In this document: positions 46,787-56,115 of the stretch, in pieces
How the letters are laid out: the number at the start of each line of letters is the position of its first letter
How positions within the stretch are numbered: the first letter of the stretch is position 1
From: a virus
Lineage: Duplodnaviria; Caudoviricetes
Virus record (IMG/VR): IMGVR_UViG_3300032305_003086
Span: 1-64,000 of that record
Strand: one strand, 5' to 3'
Length of the DNA stretch: 64,000 bases
The notes under the pieces: model-generated
Databases searched by the model: none
What the model was told of the DNA's origin: nothing
What the model saw: only the letters and a program-made list of their open reading frames with translations
Translations under genes and position numbers: made by a program

Positions 46787-47155
46787 CTAATTAGATTGAG
46801 ATTTTACCATTTTGTTTTTGCTTTGTCCATTGTTATTCTTAGCTACTTTTTCTAATGCGTCCCAAACAGTTAATGGCTTAGATTTTTGTATTTGAACAGG
46901 AGCGGAAGGAGCAGAAGGATCTCCTGGTGCTCCTCCCATCGATCCGCCTGATGGCATTCCGCCTCCTAGACCACCTCCTAGACCGCCGCCAATTCCGCCT
47001 CCTAGACCACCTCCTAGACCGCCTCCTAATCCTCCAGGTGCTCCTGGTGGCGCTCCAGGAGGAGCACCACCAGGTGGTGCGGCGGGCGGCTTGCCAGCAG
47101 GAGGTGCTGCCGGGGGTTGGGGGGCTTCTACCAAAAAATCATAGAACGTTTTCAT
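46787..47155 (-). CDS. Pro/Gly-rich disordered protein with capsid-targeting-like N-terminus
   Basis: MKTFYDFLVEA followed by PPGAP and GGGL repeats. Confidence 0.75.
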   Translation of the reverse strand: MKTFYDFLVEAPQPPAAPPAGKPPAAPPGGAPPGAPPGAPGGLGGGLGGGLGGGIGGGLGGGLGGGMPSGGSMGGAPGDPSAPSAPVQIQKSKPLTVWDALEKVAKNNNGQSKNKMVKSQSN

Positions 47156-47166
47156 AAAAATATATA

Positions 47167-47325
47167 TTATCTAAAAGATAAATCTAAATTTCTAATATTT
47201 TTAGATTCAATTGATATATTTTTATTAAGACTCTCTACGTAAACTAAATACAAAGAGATATCTATTTTTTTAATTATATAACCAAAAGAATTTACATTAT
47301 CAAAATGAACAAAAACTCTTCTCAT
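47167..47325 (-). CDS. Small hypothetical protein (52 aa)
   Basis: MRRVFVHFDNVNSFGYIIKK...; fills the gap just downstream of map; not in the ORF track. Confidence 0.4.
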   Translation of the reverse strand: MRRVFVHFDNVNSFGYIIKKIDISLYLVYVESLNKNISIESKNIRNLDLSFR

Positions 47326-47327
47326 AT

Positions 47328-48086
47328 TTAATTTAACTCTGTTAGTATTTCGTACCCGGTTTCTGTGCAGAGGATCATATGCTCGTACTGAGCAGATAAT
47401 TTTTTATCTACAGTAATAGCAGTCCACTTGTCTTCAAGAATAAGACAATCAGCATCTCCTAGGTTTATCATTGGCTCTATAGTAAAAGTCATGCCAGGTT
47501 CAATCTTTTGTCCAAAATCTTTAAATTTCTTATCAACATAATGGCAGATTTTTGGGTCTTCGTGAAAACTAAGGCCACATCCATGACCAACAAATTTATC
47601 AACTATAGAGTATTTTGAATTAATTAAAAAATCAGTAATAGCCCAGCCTATATTATTAAATGCAACGCCAGGAGAAATAGATTCTATTCCTTTATACAGG
47701 CTTTCTTTAGTAATTTTCATTAATTCTTTGGCCTCTTCAGATACAATTCCAACAGCGTACATTTTGCTCGTATCACCATAATAGCCATCTAATATTGTTG
47801 TGACATCTATATTAAGTATATCACCTTCTAATAAAACTCGATCACTGGGTATCCCGTGGCAAACAACTTCATTGACTGAGATGCAAGTTTCTTTTGGAAA
47901 ACCATGATAATTCAAAGGAGCCGGAATTGCTCCGTTATCTCTTATAAATTCATTTATTTTTTGATTAAGTTGATCAGTTGTTACTCCTGGCAAGACGAAA
48001 GGATCGATGAATTCTAAAGACTTAGCCGCAAGCTTGCAGCTTTTTCTTATTCCTTCTATTTGCTCATTATTTTTTTTAATAATCAT
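47328..48086 (-). CDS. map: Methionine aminopeptidase type I
   Basis: CISVNEVVCHGIP, NIDVT, GDTS, GHGCG..FHEDP, TIEPMIN and SAQYEH. Likely start MIIKK at 48086. Confidence 0.95.
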   Translation of the reverse strand: MIIKKNNEQIEGIRKSCKLAAKSLEFIDPFVLPGVTTDQLNQKINEFIRDNGAIPAPLNYHGFPKETCISVNEVVCHGIPSDRVLLEGDILNIDVTTILDGYYGDTSKMYAVGIVSEEAKELMKITKESLYKGIESISPGVAFNNIGWAITDFLINSKYSIVDKFVGHGCGLSFHEDPKICHYVDKKFKDFGQKIEPGMTFTIEPMINLGDADCLILEDKWTAITVDKKLSAQYEHMILCTETGYEILTELN

Positions 48087-48130
48087 ATATAAATTTGTAA
48101 TGGTTTCAAGCCACAAACAAGGAGGTTTAT

Positions 48131-48310
48131 ATGGAAGATTTCGATGCACAAGACCTTTTAGTGCTTTTTTGCACTGTTATTTTACCACCTTTAGGTGTGT
48201 TTTTCAAGGTTGGATTTGCTGCTCACTTTTGGATCAACTTGCTATTAACTATTTTTGGATTTTATATAGCAGGAATTGTTCATGGTGTTTATGTAATACT
48301 TAAAAAATAA
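48131..48310 (+). CDS. YqaE/Pmp3 family small membrane protein (59 aa)
   Basis: ILPPLGVF...FWINLLLTIFG..AGIVHG; GGAGG RBS; not in the ORF track. Confidence 0.85.
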   Translation: MEDFDAQDLLVLFCTVILPPLGVFFKVGFAAHFWINLLLTIFGFYIAGIVHGVYVILKK

Positions 48311-48327
48311 TTTGCAAGGAGGCAAAG

Positions 48328-48825
48328 ATGAAAAATTTACAGATATTGTTTATTTTTTGTTTGTTTTTTTCTAGTTGTTTGAATGCAAAAAAAACAGAAG
48401 AAAATTATAAATTGAATGAACCAATAAAAAAAGAATTTAATCGACCAAATGAATTCAATGAATATGAAGTTGTTCTTTTAGATTTGCACAACAAAGAAAG
48501 AAAAAACAAAAAAATAAAAGAATTTAAATTAGATAAAAACTTGTGCTCTTACGCACAAAAACATGCAGAAAATATGGCAAACAAAAACTCCATGTATCAT
48601 TCTAAAATGAACGATCTAATGGAATTCAATAAAGGAAGTTTAGTTGGAGAAAATGTTGCTTGGAACCAAAAGACAGAACAAGAAGTTGTCTTTTCTTGGA
48701 TTTTGAGTCCAATGCACAGATATAACATTCTTAGCAAAAAGTACAAAACAGTTGGATTTGGAAAAGCAAGTAAAAATGGATCTATTTATTGGTGTGCAGT
48801 TTTTTCAGACAAGGAGGTTGAATAA
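48328..48825 (+). CDS. CAP (SCP) domain lipoprotein
   Basis: Lipobox-like FFSSC; LHNKER, AQKHAENMA, GENVA, SPMHRYNIL and YWCAVF. Confidence 0.9.
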   Translation: MKNLQILFIFCLFFSSCLNAKKTEENYKLNEPIKKEFNRPNEFNEYEVVLLDLHNKERKNKKIKEFKLDKNLCSYAQKHAENMANKNSMYHSKMNDLMEFNKGSLVGENVAWNQKTEQEVVFSWILSPMHRYNILSKKYKTVGFGKASKNGSIYWCAVFSDKEVE

Positions 48826-49049
48826 TGGAATCTTTAGTTCTATTGGTTTCTTTTATTTTTTTATTAGTCTTATTGTCTGGGCCTTTGGCTCTTTTGTTTT
48901 GTTATCTAAATATGTTTTGGATAACTATGTTTTTTAGTTTGCTGTCGATGGCAATTGGAACGCATTGGTGCTGTCTAGCTCCTTTTCCAATTTCAATAAT
49001 CGGAGGAATAACGGCATTGTGCGGAGCGTATGCTTTTGCAAAAATTTAG
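48825..49049 (+). CDS. Small membrane protein
   Basis: 74 aa, almost entirely hydrophobic, AGGAGG RBS. Confidence 0.65.
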   Translation: MESLVLLVSFIFLLVLLSGPLALLFCYLNMFWITMFFSLLSMAIGTHWCCLAPFPISIIGGITALCGAYAFAKI

Positions 49050-49056
49050 GCAATAA

Positions 49057-49647
49057 TTAAAAATTAGACAATTCTGGTATTCTTGATTTTATCATATTCC
49101 AATTTTGATTGGCCCATTGAACGAAACGATTCTCTGCGTTCTTTGGGCCAATTTCATTTGTTTTGCCAGTAGTCTGCATCTCTATTTCATGGGTAGATTC
49201 ATGAACTATTGTGCTTGCTATTTCTAAAATCGCCTCTTTACTATCACCTAATTCTGACACGATTTTTTGAACATTTACATGGATGGTGTCTGATGCTTGT
49301 AGTTCTTTTTCATCCAAATCGGGCACGTACTTTTTAATTACACTATTAGGTAAAGTTTGTAACTTTTGATTAAGCATCATGTCTTGAGGAAACAAAAGTT
49401 TAAGTCTATTAGCCAGTCTTTGACCTATTATTTTTTTATTTTCTCTAGACATGTATAGACCATAAACCCCGGAAGATAGAGGGGCTATGGTGCTTATATT
49501 AGTGAGTAATTTTTGATTAGTCATTTTGTCATACAATTGTACAATCTTCACAGAAATTTTGGCTTTTTTGTAAAGCGATTCTATCTTGGAAGAATCTACC
49601 AATTCAGTTCCAACTGTATTTTGTGCGATCCATTCTTTAAAATTCAT
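49057..49647 (-). CDS. Putative zincin metallopeptidase with capsid-targeting-like N-terminus
   Basis: MNFKEWIAQ start; TIVHESTH followed by a downstream Glu. Confidence 0.6.
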   Translation of the reverse strand: MNFKEWIAQNTVGTELVDSSKIESLYKKAKISVKIVQLYDKMTNQKLLTNISTIAPLSSGVYGLYMSRENKKIIGQRLANRLKLLFPQDMMLNQKLQTLPNSVIKKYVPDLDEKELQASDTIHVNVQKIVSELGDSKEAILEIASTIVHESTHEIEMQTTGKTNEIGPKNAENRFVQWANQNWNMIKSRIPELSNF

Positions 49648-49661
49648 ATATAATATATATG
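49645..49661. promoter_or_regulatory. Overlapping divergent ATATATA boxes between two start codons 11 nt apart
   Basis: CAT-ATATAATATAT-ATG. Confidence 0.55.
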
Positions 49662-50915
49662 AATAATTCTAAAAAAGTTTCAATAGCTGTTGCCGTTATG
49701 AATAGGACGGAACGAATAGTAAAGTGCTTATCTTCTTGGTCAAAATTCGAAATATTTGATGACATAGTTTTAGTAGATTGGTCAACAAATCCTCCAATAT
49801 TATCCAACCCATATGTAAAATCATTCGTTTTTGAAAATAAAATAAAAGTAATAAGAGTGGATAATGAAAAATATTTTAGTTTGCCTAAAGCATTTAATTT
49901 AGCAATTGATAATACAATAAACGAAAATATTCTAAAAATAGATATAGATTACATATTGATTAATAAAAATTTTATCAATCAAATTATAGAGTTTTCTGAT
50001 AGATTGGACAAAGAATTCTTCATATGTACAAATCCTAATTTAATAGATTTTTTCGGCATGGTATTGATGAAAAAACAAGCTTTTAATGATGCCGGGGGAT
50101 ATAATGAGCTTTTAGCTGGGTGGGGCTATGATGATATTGACTTGTACAATAGGCTCAAGAAAAACTTAAAAACCGGAAGTATCAATAATATTTTATCTTA
50201 TATATATCATAATCCTCATGACGATAACTTAAGAGTTGCTAATTACGAAATAAAAGATAAAAATATAAGTCATAAAATAAATATAAAAATATCAAATGAA
50301 AAAAAATTTGTAAGGAAAAAAATGAAACTTTATTCATTTTGCAATAGTGGTTATGAATCTTTAAAAGAAATATTTTTAAAATCTTGCAAAGACGATTACG
50401 AAATAATAATAGATAATATAGAGACCGATAATGTTTTTGGATCTAAATCAAATAAAATTTGGTGTTTTAAAACTAAAAAAATAATAGAACATATAGAAAA
50501 AAATTATGGTCAAAAAATAATATTTTGTGATATAGATATTCAATTTTTCAAACCAACAAGAGATGTGATAAACAGCTCTCCAGAAGTAGATATTTTATTT
50601 CAATTTGAAGATGAACAAATTTGCATAGGATTCATGGTAATAAAATGCAATCAAAATACTAAAGCTTTTTTTGAAGAAGTTCTTGAAAGATGTGAAAATA
50701 ACGAATGGGATCAAGATGTGATACGACAAAAAGTCAAAGAAGAAAAAATTTCTTGGGCACTTCTTTCAAAAAAAATATGGTGCTACACGCCAAGCGAAAA
50801 AGTTCCTCCATTAGATATTGTCTGCCACCATGCAACTTGGGCCTATTCTTTAGAGGAAAAACTATTGCAAATGAAAAGTGTAAAAAACCATATGTGCAAA
50901 AAGCGTATTTTTTAG
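49659..50915 (+). CDS. Two-domain glycosyltransferase (GT2/GT7-like plus nucleotide-diphospho-sugar transferase)
   Basis: VDWS, KIDID and GGYNELLAGWGYDDIDL; second domain has CDIDIQF, CIGFM and DQD. Confidence 0.85.
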   Translation: MNNSKKVSIAVAVMNRTERIVKCLSSWSKFEIFDDIVLVDWSTNPPILSNPYVKSFVFENKIKVIRVDNEKYFSLPKAFNLAIDNTINENILKIDIDYILINKNFINQIIEFSDRLDKEFFICTNPNLIDFFGMVLMKKQAFNDAGGYNELLAGWGYDDIDLYNRLKKNLKTGSINNILSYIYHNPHDDNLRVANYEIKDKNISHKINIKISNEKKFVRKKMKLYSFCNSGYESLKEIFLKSCKDDYEIIIDNIETDNVFGSKSNKIWCFKTKKIIEHIEKNYGQKIIFCDIDIQFFKPTRDVINSSPEVDILFQFEDEQICIGFMVIKCNQNTKAFFEEVLERCENNEWDQDVIRQKVKEEKISWALLSKKIWCYTPSEKVPPLDIVCHHATWAYSLEEKLLQMKSVKNHMCKKRIF

Positions 50916-50932
50916 AAAATTAAGGATTATAG

Positions 50933-51634
50933 ATGAAAAGACAACTTGTTTCCGTGGTAGGAGTTGAAATTTTAGATGAAAATTTATTTCATCATTTTAT
51001 CAATCATTATGACGAACACGTTGATGAATTCTCTATTATTTTTAATTACGAAAATATAAATTTATTAGATTTATTTTATCAAATGGTTCCAAAAAATAAA
51101 AGAAATATTAAGTTTTGGAATGGAAAATATGATGAACATACGAAAACAAAGCACATTAACAATCTAATAGATTCAGAAGACAGATCAAGCATCATAGCAG
51201 ACCATGACGAATTTATTGAATTCAATGAAGATTTTTTCAAATGTCCCGTTAATAAATATAATATGGGCACTTTAGTTGAAAGATTCAAAGTTAAAAACAA
51301 TAAGATACTTTTATCTAAAGTAAAAAAAAACAAAAGCATATTTGAACAATTCAACGAATCAAACACTCTAAATATTTCCTCTGGGAGCTTCGGAGAATTC
51401 AGAGCATTATCAAAGGCTTGTTATGTTCACAACAACATGCATGTATTTTTAGGTCACCACCATCTATTAAATAAAGAAGTGAGAATTCACACTAAAGTAA
51501 TTGTGCATCATTTTAAGTATAATAGCTCTTTTAAAAAAGTTGTTAATAATGTAATGAATTTACAAATGGGCTTCAAACACGAAATAGAAAAATTAAATAA
51601 AATAATACTTGATAATTCATTGAAAATATATTAA
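50933..51634 (+). CDS. Glycosyltransferase family 2-like
   Basis: HFINHY, ADHDEF, GHH and HHFKY; paralogue of 34482..35321. Confidence 0.7.
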   Translation: MKRQLVSVVGVEILDENLFHHFINHYDEHVDEFSIIFNYENINLLDLFYQMVPKNKRNIKFWNGKYDEHTKTKHINNLIDSEDRSSIIADHDEFIEFNEDFFKCPVNKYNMGTLVERFKVKNNKILLSKVKKNKSIFEQFNESNTLNISSGSFGEFRALSKACYVHNNMHVFLGHHHLLNKEVRIHTKVIVHHFKYNSSFKKVVNNVMNLQMGFKHEIEKLNKIILDNSLKIY

Positions 51635-51635
51635 T

Positions 51636-52262
51636 ATGAAAAAAAAATGTTACACATATTATGAAGAAATAAAAACAATAGACGCATGTGCAAAAAGAAA
51701 ATGCACGCAAAAAGAACTCTTGGATCTATGTAAAATTTCTTGGGAAAAAAACGGATGGGATTTGATCATCCTAGATCATTCTACTGCTGCTAGTCATGAT
51801 TTTTTCCCGATTTATAGCAGAATAGTAAAAAAACTACCGTCAGTTAACCCAAAAAAATATGACTATCATTGTTTTATTAGATGGTTGGCAATGGCAGTGG
51901 TTGGGGGAGGATTGATGATAGATTACGATGTTGTGAACTTGGGTTTTGAAAATATAGAAGAATATAAAGAAAAAATTGCAATATACCAAGGGCATGTCCC
52001 CTGTGTGGTACAAGGAACCGAAGATCAGTATCTTGAAATGTGTATGAATTTTTGCAAACTAAAAGATTGCATATCAAAGATAAATAAAAAACCACACGTT
52101 TCAGACATGATAATGTTAGCAAGTGGAAAAATAGACTTCAAAAAATTTACAACTGTAGTAGACTACCCGAGTAGTGGAATTTTGGTACACTGCAGTCAAT
52201 GGCATTGTGAACAAAACAATAAAAATAAAGTTGATGCCATGAAAGAATTAATTCAATTGTAA
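51636..52262 (+). CDS. Putative GT-A glycosyltransferase
   Basis: SWEKNGW, CFIRWLAM and IDYDV (DxD). Confidence 0.6.
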   Translation: MKKKCYTYYEEIKTIDACAKRKCTQKELLDLCKISWEKNGWDLIILDHSTAASHDFFPIYSRIVKKLPSVNPKKYDYHCFIRWLAMAVVGGGLMIDYDVVNLGFENIEEYKEKIAIYQGHVPCVVQGTEDQYLEMCMNFCKLKDCISKINKKPHVSDMIMLASGKIDFKKFTTVVDYPSSGILVHCSQWHCEQNNKNKVDAMKELIQL

Positions 52263-53048
52263 TTCTAAAATTTTATTTATATTTTTGACTATTTTTATAT
52301 ATTTTTTATAGTAATAATAAATACATTCATCTTGTTTATGAATAAAAGAAAAATGAAGAAAAATGCCTTTATATTTATTATTTATAATTATTTCTTTTCC
52401 AAACATCTCTCTTCTTAATTCTTTTATATTCCATAAAGCTAAATTGCAACCTAAATGTTTGCAATAATTAACATTTGGAAAATGAATATAAATAAAATCA
52501 AGATATTTTTGATCTACGAAAAGACCACTAACTTTTTTCATTTCGCATTTCCACAAACAAGCTTCTGACCACCACTTGATTGCCTCGGTCGATTTTCTAG
52601 AGCAACCGATAAATCCAGCATTAAACATCCCATCGGTAAAATTCAATAAAAATCCTGCGTCTTGTGTTGTGTATGGTCTCCAATGTCTGGTCAGTAAAAT
52701 GCCATCTATATCATCGAATAAAAAATCCCAATTATTTATAAAATACATATCAGGATCTACATATATCACTTTTTCATAAACATCCAGTAATTTTAAAATA
52801 AAAAAAGGCTTGAGGCTCCACCGCGTCTCATTAGAAATTATTCCATATTTTTTAGAAATATCTTCATATTCTTCAATAAAATTTAAGTCTAATATTTTTA
52901 TATTTTTAAAAGAACAATTAGGTAAATAATTATCCATATATAAAATACAAAAATCAACATTTTTATAAAATTTCCTCATTGAATGCAAAGTTGCCAAACC
53001 ATTTGCAAGAAAATCCGGGGTTACTATGGTACAAACGCAATTTTTCAT
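52248..53048 (-). CDS. Glycosyltransferase (GT8-like)
   Basis: LKPF, YVDPD, FNAGFIG, DQKYLD and FLHFS; start at 53048. Confidence 0.8.
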   Translation of the reverse strand: MKNCVCTIVTPDFLANGLATLHSMRKFYKNVDFCILYMDNYLPNCSFKNIKILDLNFIEEYEDISKKYGIISNETRWSLKPFFILKLLDVYEKVIYVDPDMYFINNWDFLFDDIDGILLTRHWRPYTTQDAGFLLNFTDGMFNAGFIGCSRKSTEAIKWWSEACLWKCEMKKVSGLFVDQKYLDFIYIHFPNVNYCKHLGCNLALWNIKELRREMFGKEIIINNKYKGIFLHFSFIHKQDECIYYYYKKYIKIVKNINKILELQLN

Positions 53049-53194
53049 TAATATATGATAATTATAAAAACAATAAAATTCTAAAAAAATTATCAAAATT
53101 GGTAAAATTTTTTAAATGAATTGTACATATTAATAAACAACAACTCCAATGTCCAGATGCAAATTTTTAAAAATTCAATTAGATATATATATTT

Positions 53195-53653
53195 ATGACA
53201 ATTAAAACAAAAAATGGAAATGATATTGAATTATCCGGCGAGCTATCGATTGCGAATTCTACCAAAATTAATAGTAATGGAATTGAATTAAGCCCTGGGG
53301 TAAGCATTACTTTTGCAGATGGAAGTCAATTAGAAAATGCAATTGGAGTCTCAGATCGTTTACATTCAATCGGCAATTCAGAAACAACAAAAACATTATC
53401 ATTAGCAGATGGAAATGTTCAAACGTTAATATTAAATCAAAATTGTATTTTTACAATGCCTTCGGTAGTACAAGCTGGAAATTTAACTATGATAGTAAAT
53501 CAGACAGCATCATACACAGCGACATTTAATACTGTCAAATGGTCATCAGGAATTGCCCCTACTATAACCACCGGGGCTGGAAAAATTGACATTTTAAGCT
53601 TCATATCAGATGGGGTTAGTTGGTATGGAGGCGTCATACAAAACCTATCATGA
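53195..53653 (+). CDS. Tail-fibre-associated protein
   Basis: VKWSSGIAPTITT...DILSFISDGVSWYG, typical of fibre C-terminal modules. Confidence 0.75.
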   Translation: MTIKTKNGNDIELSGELSIANSTKINSNGIELSPGVSITFADGSQLENAIGVSDRLHSIGNSETTKTLSLADGNVQTLILNQNCIFTMPSVVQAGNLTMIVNQTASYTATFNTVKWSSGIAPTITTGAGKIDILSFISDGVSWYGGVIQNLS

Positions 53654-56115
53654 GACATTGGCATTTTTCTATTTTTAGACCAGTTTATATACCGACACCC
53701 GGCCCTACGCTAACTAGGCCTACACTAACCAATACACCTACACTAACCAATACACTTACACTAACCAATACACTTACACTAACCAATACGCCTACACTTA
53801 CACTAACCAATACGCCTACACTTACACTAACCAATACACTTACACTAACCAATACGCCTACACTAACCAATACGCCTACACTAACCAATACGCCTACACT
53901 AACCAATACGCCTACACTAACCAATACGCCTACACTTACACTAACCAATACGCCTACACTAACCAATACGCCTACATCAATTTATGTTTCTGCCGCAGTT
54001 CAAGGATCTACAATTTCAAATTTCAATTTGAAATTAATTAAAAATAATCAAATTATGGATTATTTTATTAATGTTTCTGGGACGTCATCTCAATTAGCCT
54101 ATTCAGATATAAATCAAATATTAAATCGTCAACCTGATGCTATGATAGCTGAGAGCAATGATAACACCATAGATCTAGACACCGGTTTGCATGTAGATTT
54201 CAAATTTTACTATCCATTCGATTTAATTAGTGGAAAACTTGTAATTGGAGGAAGTATAATATTCTCAATAGTTTCTTCTATTGTTTACTCTTTGGTTGAA
54301 AAAGGAAATAATATTACGAGCGCTATTTCTAAAGCAAATTCAAATTTAGGTGTAAATTTTTCTAATTACATAACAGAAAGTTATGATAATTATATGGAAG
54401 GTAACGAAAAAGAAGCATTAGATAGATTGCAAGTTGTTTCTGTTATTACTAAAAATACTATAGACAATTCTACTAACGAGCATTTATTCGATTCATTTGC
54501 AGATGTTATCGACTCCGGAGCCTCTTCTTCTGATCCAGACCAGTTTTTATCAGATAATTTTTCTTCTGTGGTGCAAAAGGTGCAAAAAAAATCTTTAGGA
54601 CTATCTGATAATCAAAGCCTTCCATTGTATGAAACTCTGATCACAGAAAATATAGCTCAAAATGCAAATCAAGCAGCACAAAAACATATAACAGATGCAA
54701 AAGACATTTCTTCTTTAGTTTATGCGAATAATTTAATTGAAAATTCAAATGTTAGATTTGATGATAATACTGGTGTGGTTTTTGATGAAATTAATTTTCA
54801 AAATAACGTCCTAGTTAATCAAATATTCCCAACACCTACTCCCACTCCAACAATAACACCAACCCAAACTGCTACTCCAACAATTACTCTCACAGCTACT
54901 GTTAGCTCTACTGTGACATTGACCAATACACAAACTAATTCTCCGACAATTACCTCTACAAATACTTCAACCACAACATCTACTCCAACTCCAACTGTAT
55001 CTTCCACATTGACCGCAACTCCAACAATTACACCAACAACAACATCAATAGCTGGATTTAATTCATCAATATTAATTACAGATGAAACCAACGGAAATAG
55101 CAGTTATGGAATAACACTTATTGGAAAATATGGATCTCAACTAATATTTAATAATATTGCGGACTATAATTCTCTACCAAATAGTATGCAAGTTTATATT
55201 AGTGGAGTTGCTGCTTTGGGCGTAACTTACTCTGATGTGTATGAGAATTCGGCTATAATTATAATATATGATAGTGTTGCATACAGTGCTAATTTAACTA
55301 ATGGAAGATTAGATCTTTATAAGAACACACCAACTCCAACGCCAACAAATACAATGACAAATACGCCGACCACAACATCAACCTCGACTACAACGCTTAC
55401 CCCTACAATAACAGCAACAAATACAAATACTACTTCTTTAAGTGCAACTCCAACATTAACTAGCACTCCAACAATTACATCTACAAGAACTCCTAGAGCA
55501 ACAAGAACAGCAACCCCAACATCAACACCAACAATTACAAAAACTTCGACATTAACATCAACCCCTACACCAACACCAACACTAACAAATACCATGACAT
55601 TAACAAATACCAATACCCCCGCTGCCACTGCAACACCTACGCCGACTTTAACAAACACACAAACATGCACGCCCACAATCACAGCAACAAAAACATTGAC
55701 TTCTACATCTACCGCAACTCCTACAAAAACAAGCACTCCAACAATTACTAGCACTCCAACTCAAACTCCAACAATTACTAGCACTACAACACTAACTCCA
55801 ACAAATACAACAACTCCAACATTAACTGCAACCACCACGCCAGAATTCGATACTACAATAGTTATTTCAGATTCGCCTTACGGCAGTTCATCAAAATCAG
55901 GAGTAACCATTTCTGCTCTTTATAATGCAACTTTAAGTTTTAATTCAATAAATACCACGCAATCACTACCAGCTTCTATGTCTGTTTTCATTGACGGAAC
56001 CCCAGTTGCAAATATAACATTCCCGAATGATTATGATTCTAAATCATTATCATTAATTATAAATAATTTGAAATACAGAACAACATTCCAGAAAAATACT
56101 AGGGTGGACTTATAA
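53650..56115 (+). CDS. Mucin-like Thr/Pro-rich virion protein
   Basis: Three Thr/Pro tracts separate globular domains, including two related short beta domains. Start at ATG 53650, in an ATGA overlap with the upstream stop. Confidence 0.8.
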   Translation: MRHWHFSIFRPVYIPTPGPTLTRPTLTNTPTLTNTLTLTNTLTLTNTPTLTLTNTPTLTLTNTLTLTNTPTLTNTPTLTNTPTLTNTPTLTNTPTLTLTNTPTLTNTPTSIYVSAAVQGSTISNFNLKLIKNNQIMDYFINVSGTSSQLAYSDINQILNRQPDAMIAESNDNTIDLDTGLHVDFKFYYPFDLISGKLVIGGSIIFSIVSSIVYSLVEKGNNITSAISKANSNLGVNFSNYITESYDNYMEGNEKEALDRLQVVSVITKNTIDNSTNEHLFDSFADVIDSGASSSDPDQFLSDNFSSVVQKVQKKSLGLSDNQSLPLYETLITENIAQNANQAAQKHITDAKDISSLVYANNLIENSNVRFDDNTGVVFDEINFQNNVLVNQIFPTPTPTPTITPTQTATPTITLTATVSSTVTLTNTQTNSPTITSTNTSTTTSTPTPTVSSTLTATPTITPTTTSIAGFNSSILITDETNGNSSYGITLIGKYGSQLIFNNIADYNSLPNSMQVYISGVAALGVTYSDVYENSAIIIIYDSVAYSANLTNGRLDLYKNTPTPTPTNTMTNTPTTTSTSTTTLTPTITATNTNTTSLSATPTLTSTPTITSTRTPRATRTATPTSTPTITKTSTLTSTPTPTPTLTNTMTLTNTNTPAATATPTPTLTNTQTCTPTITATKTLTSTSTATPTKTSTPTITSTPTQTPTITSTTTLTPTNTTTPTLTATTTPEFDTTIVISDSPYGSSSKSGVTISALYNATLSFNSINTTQSLPASMSVFIDGTPVANITFPNDYDSKSLSLIINNLKYRTTFQKNTRVDL
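53719..53976 (+). repeat. Near-perfect coding VNTR, 18/24-bp units (TLTNTP)
   Basis: About 13 copies of acactaaccaatac(g/a)c(c/t)t with occasional 6-bp additions. Confidence 0.9.

Noticed and set aside
53719-53976. Possible CRISPR array
   Set aside because: Units abut with no unique spacers, lie in frame within a CDS, and no cas genes are present.
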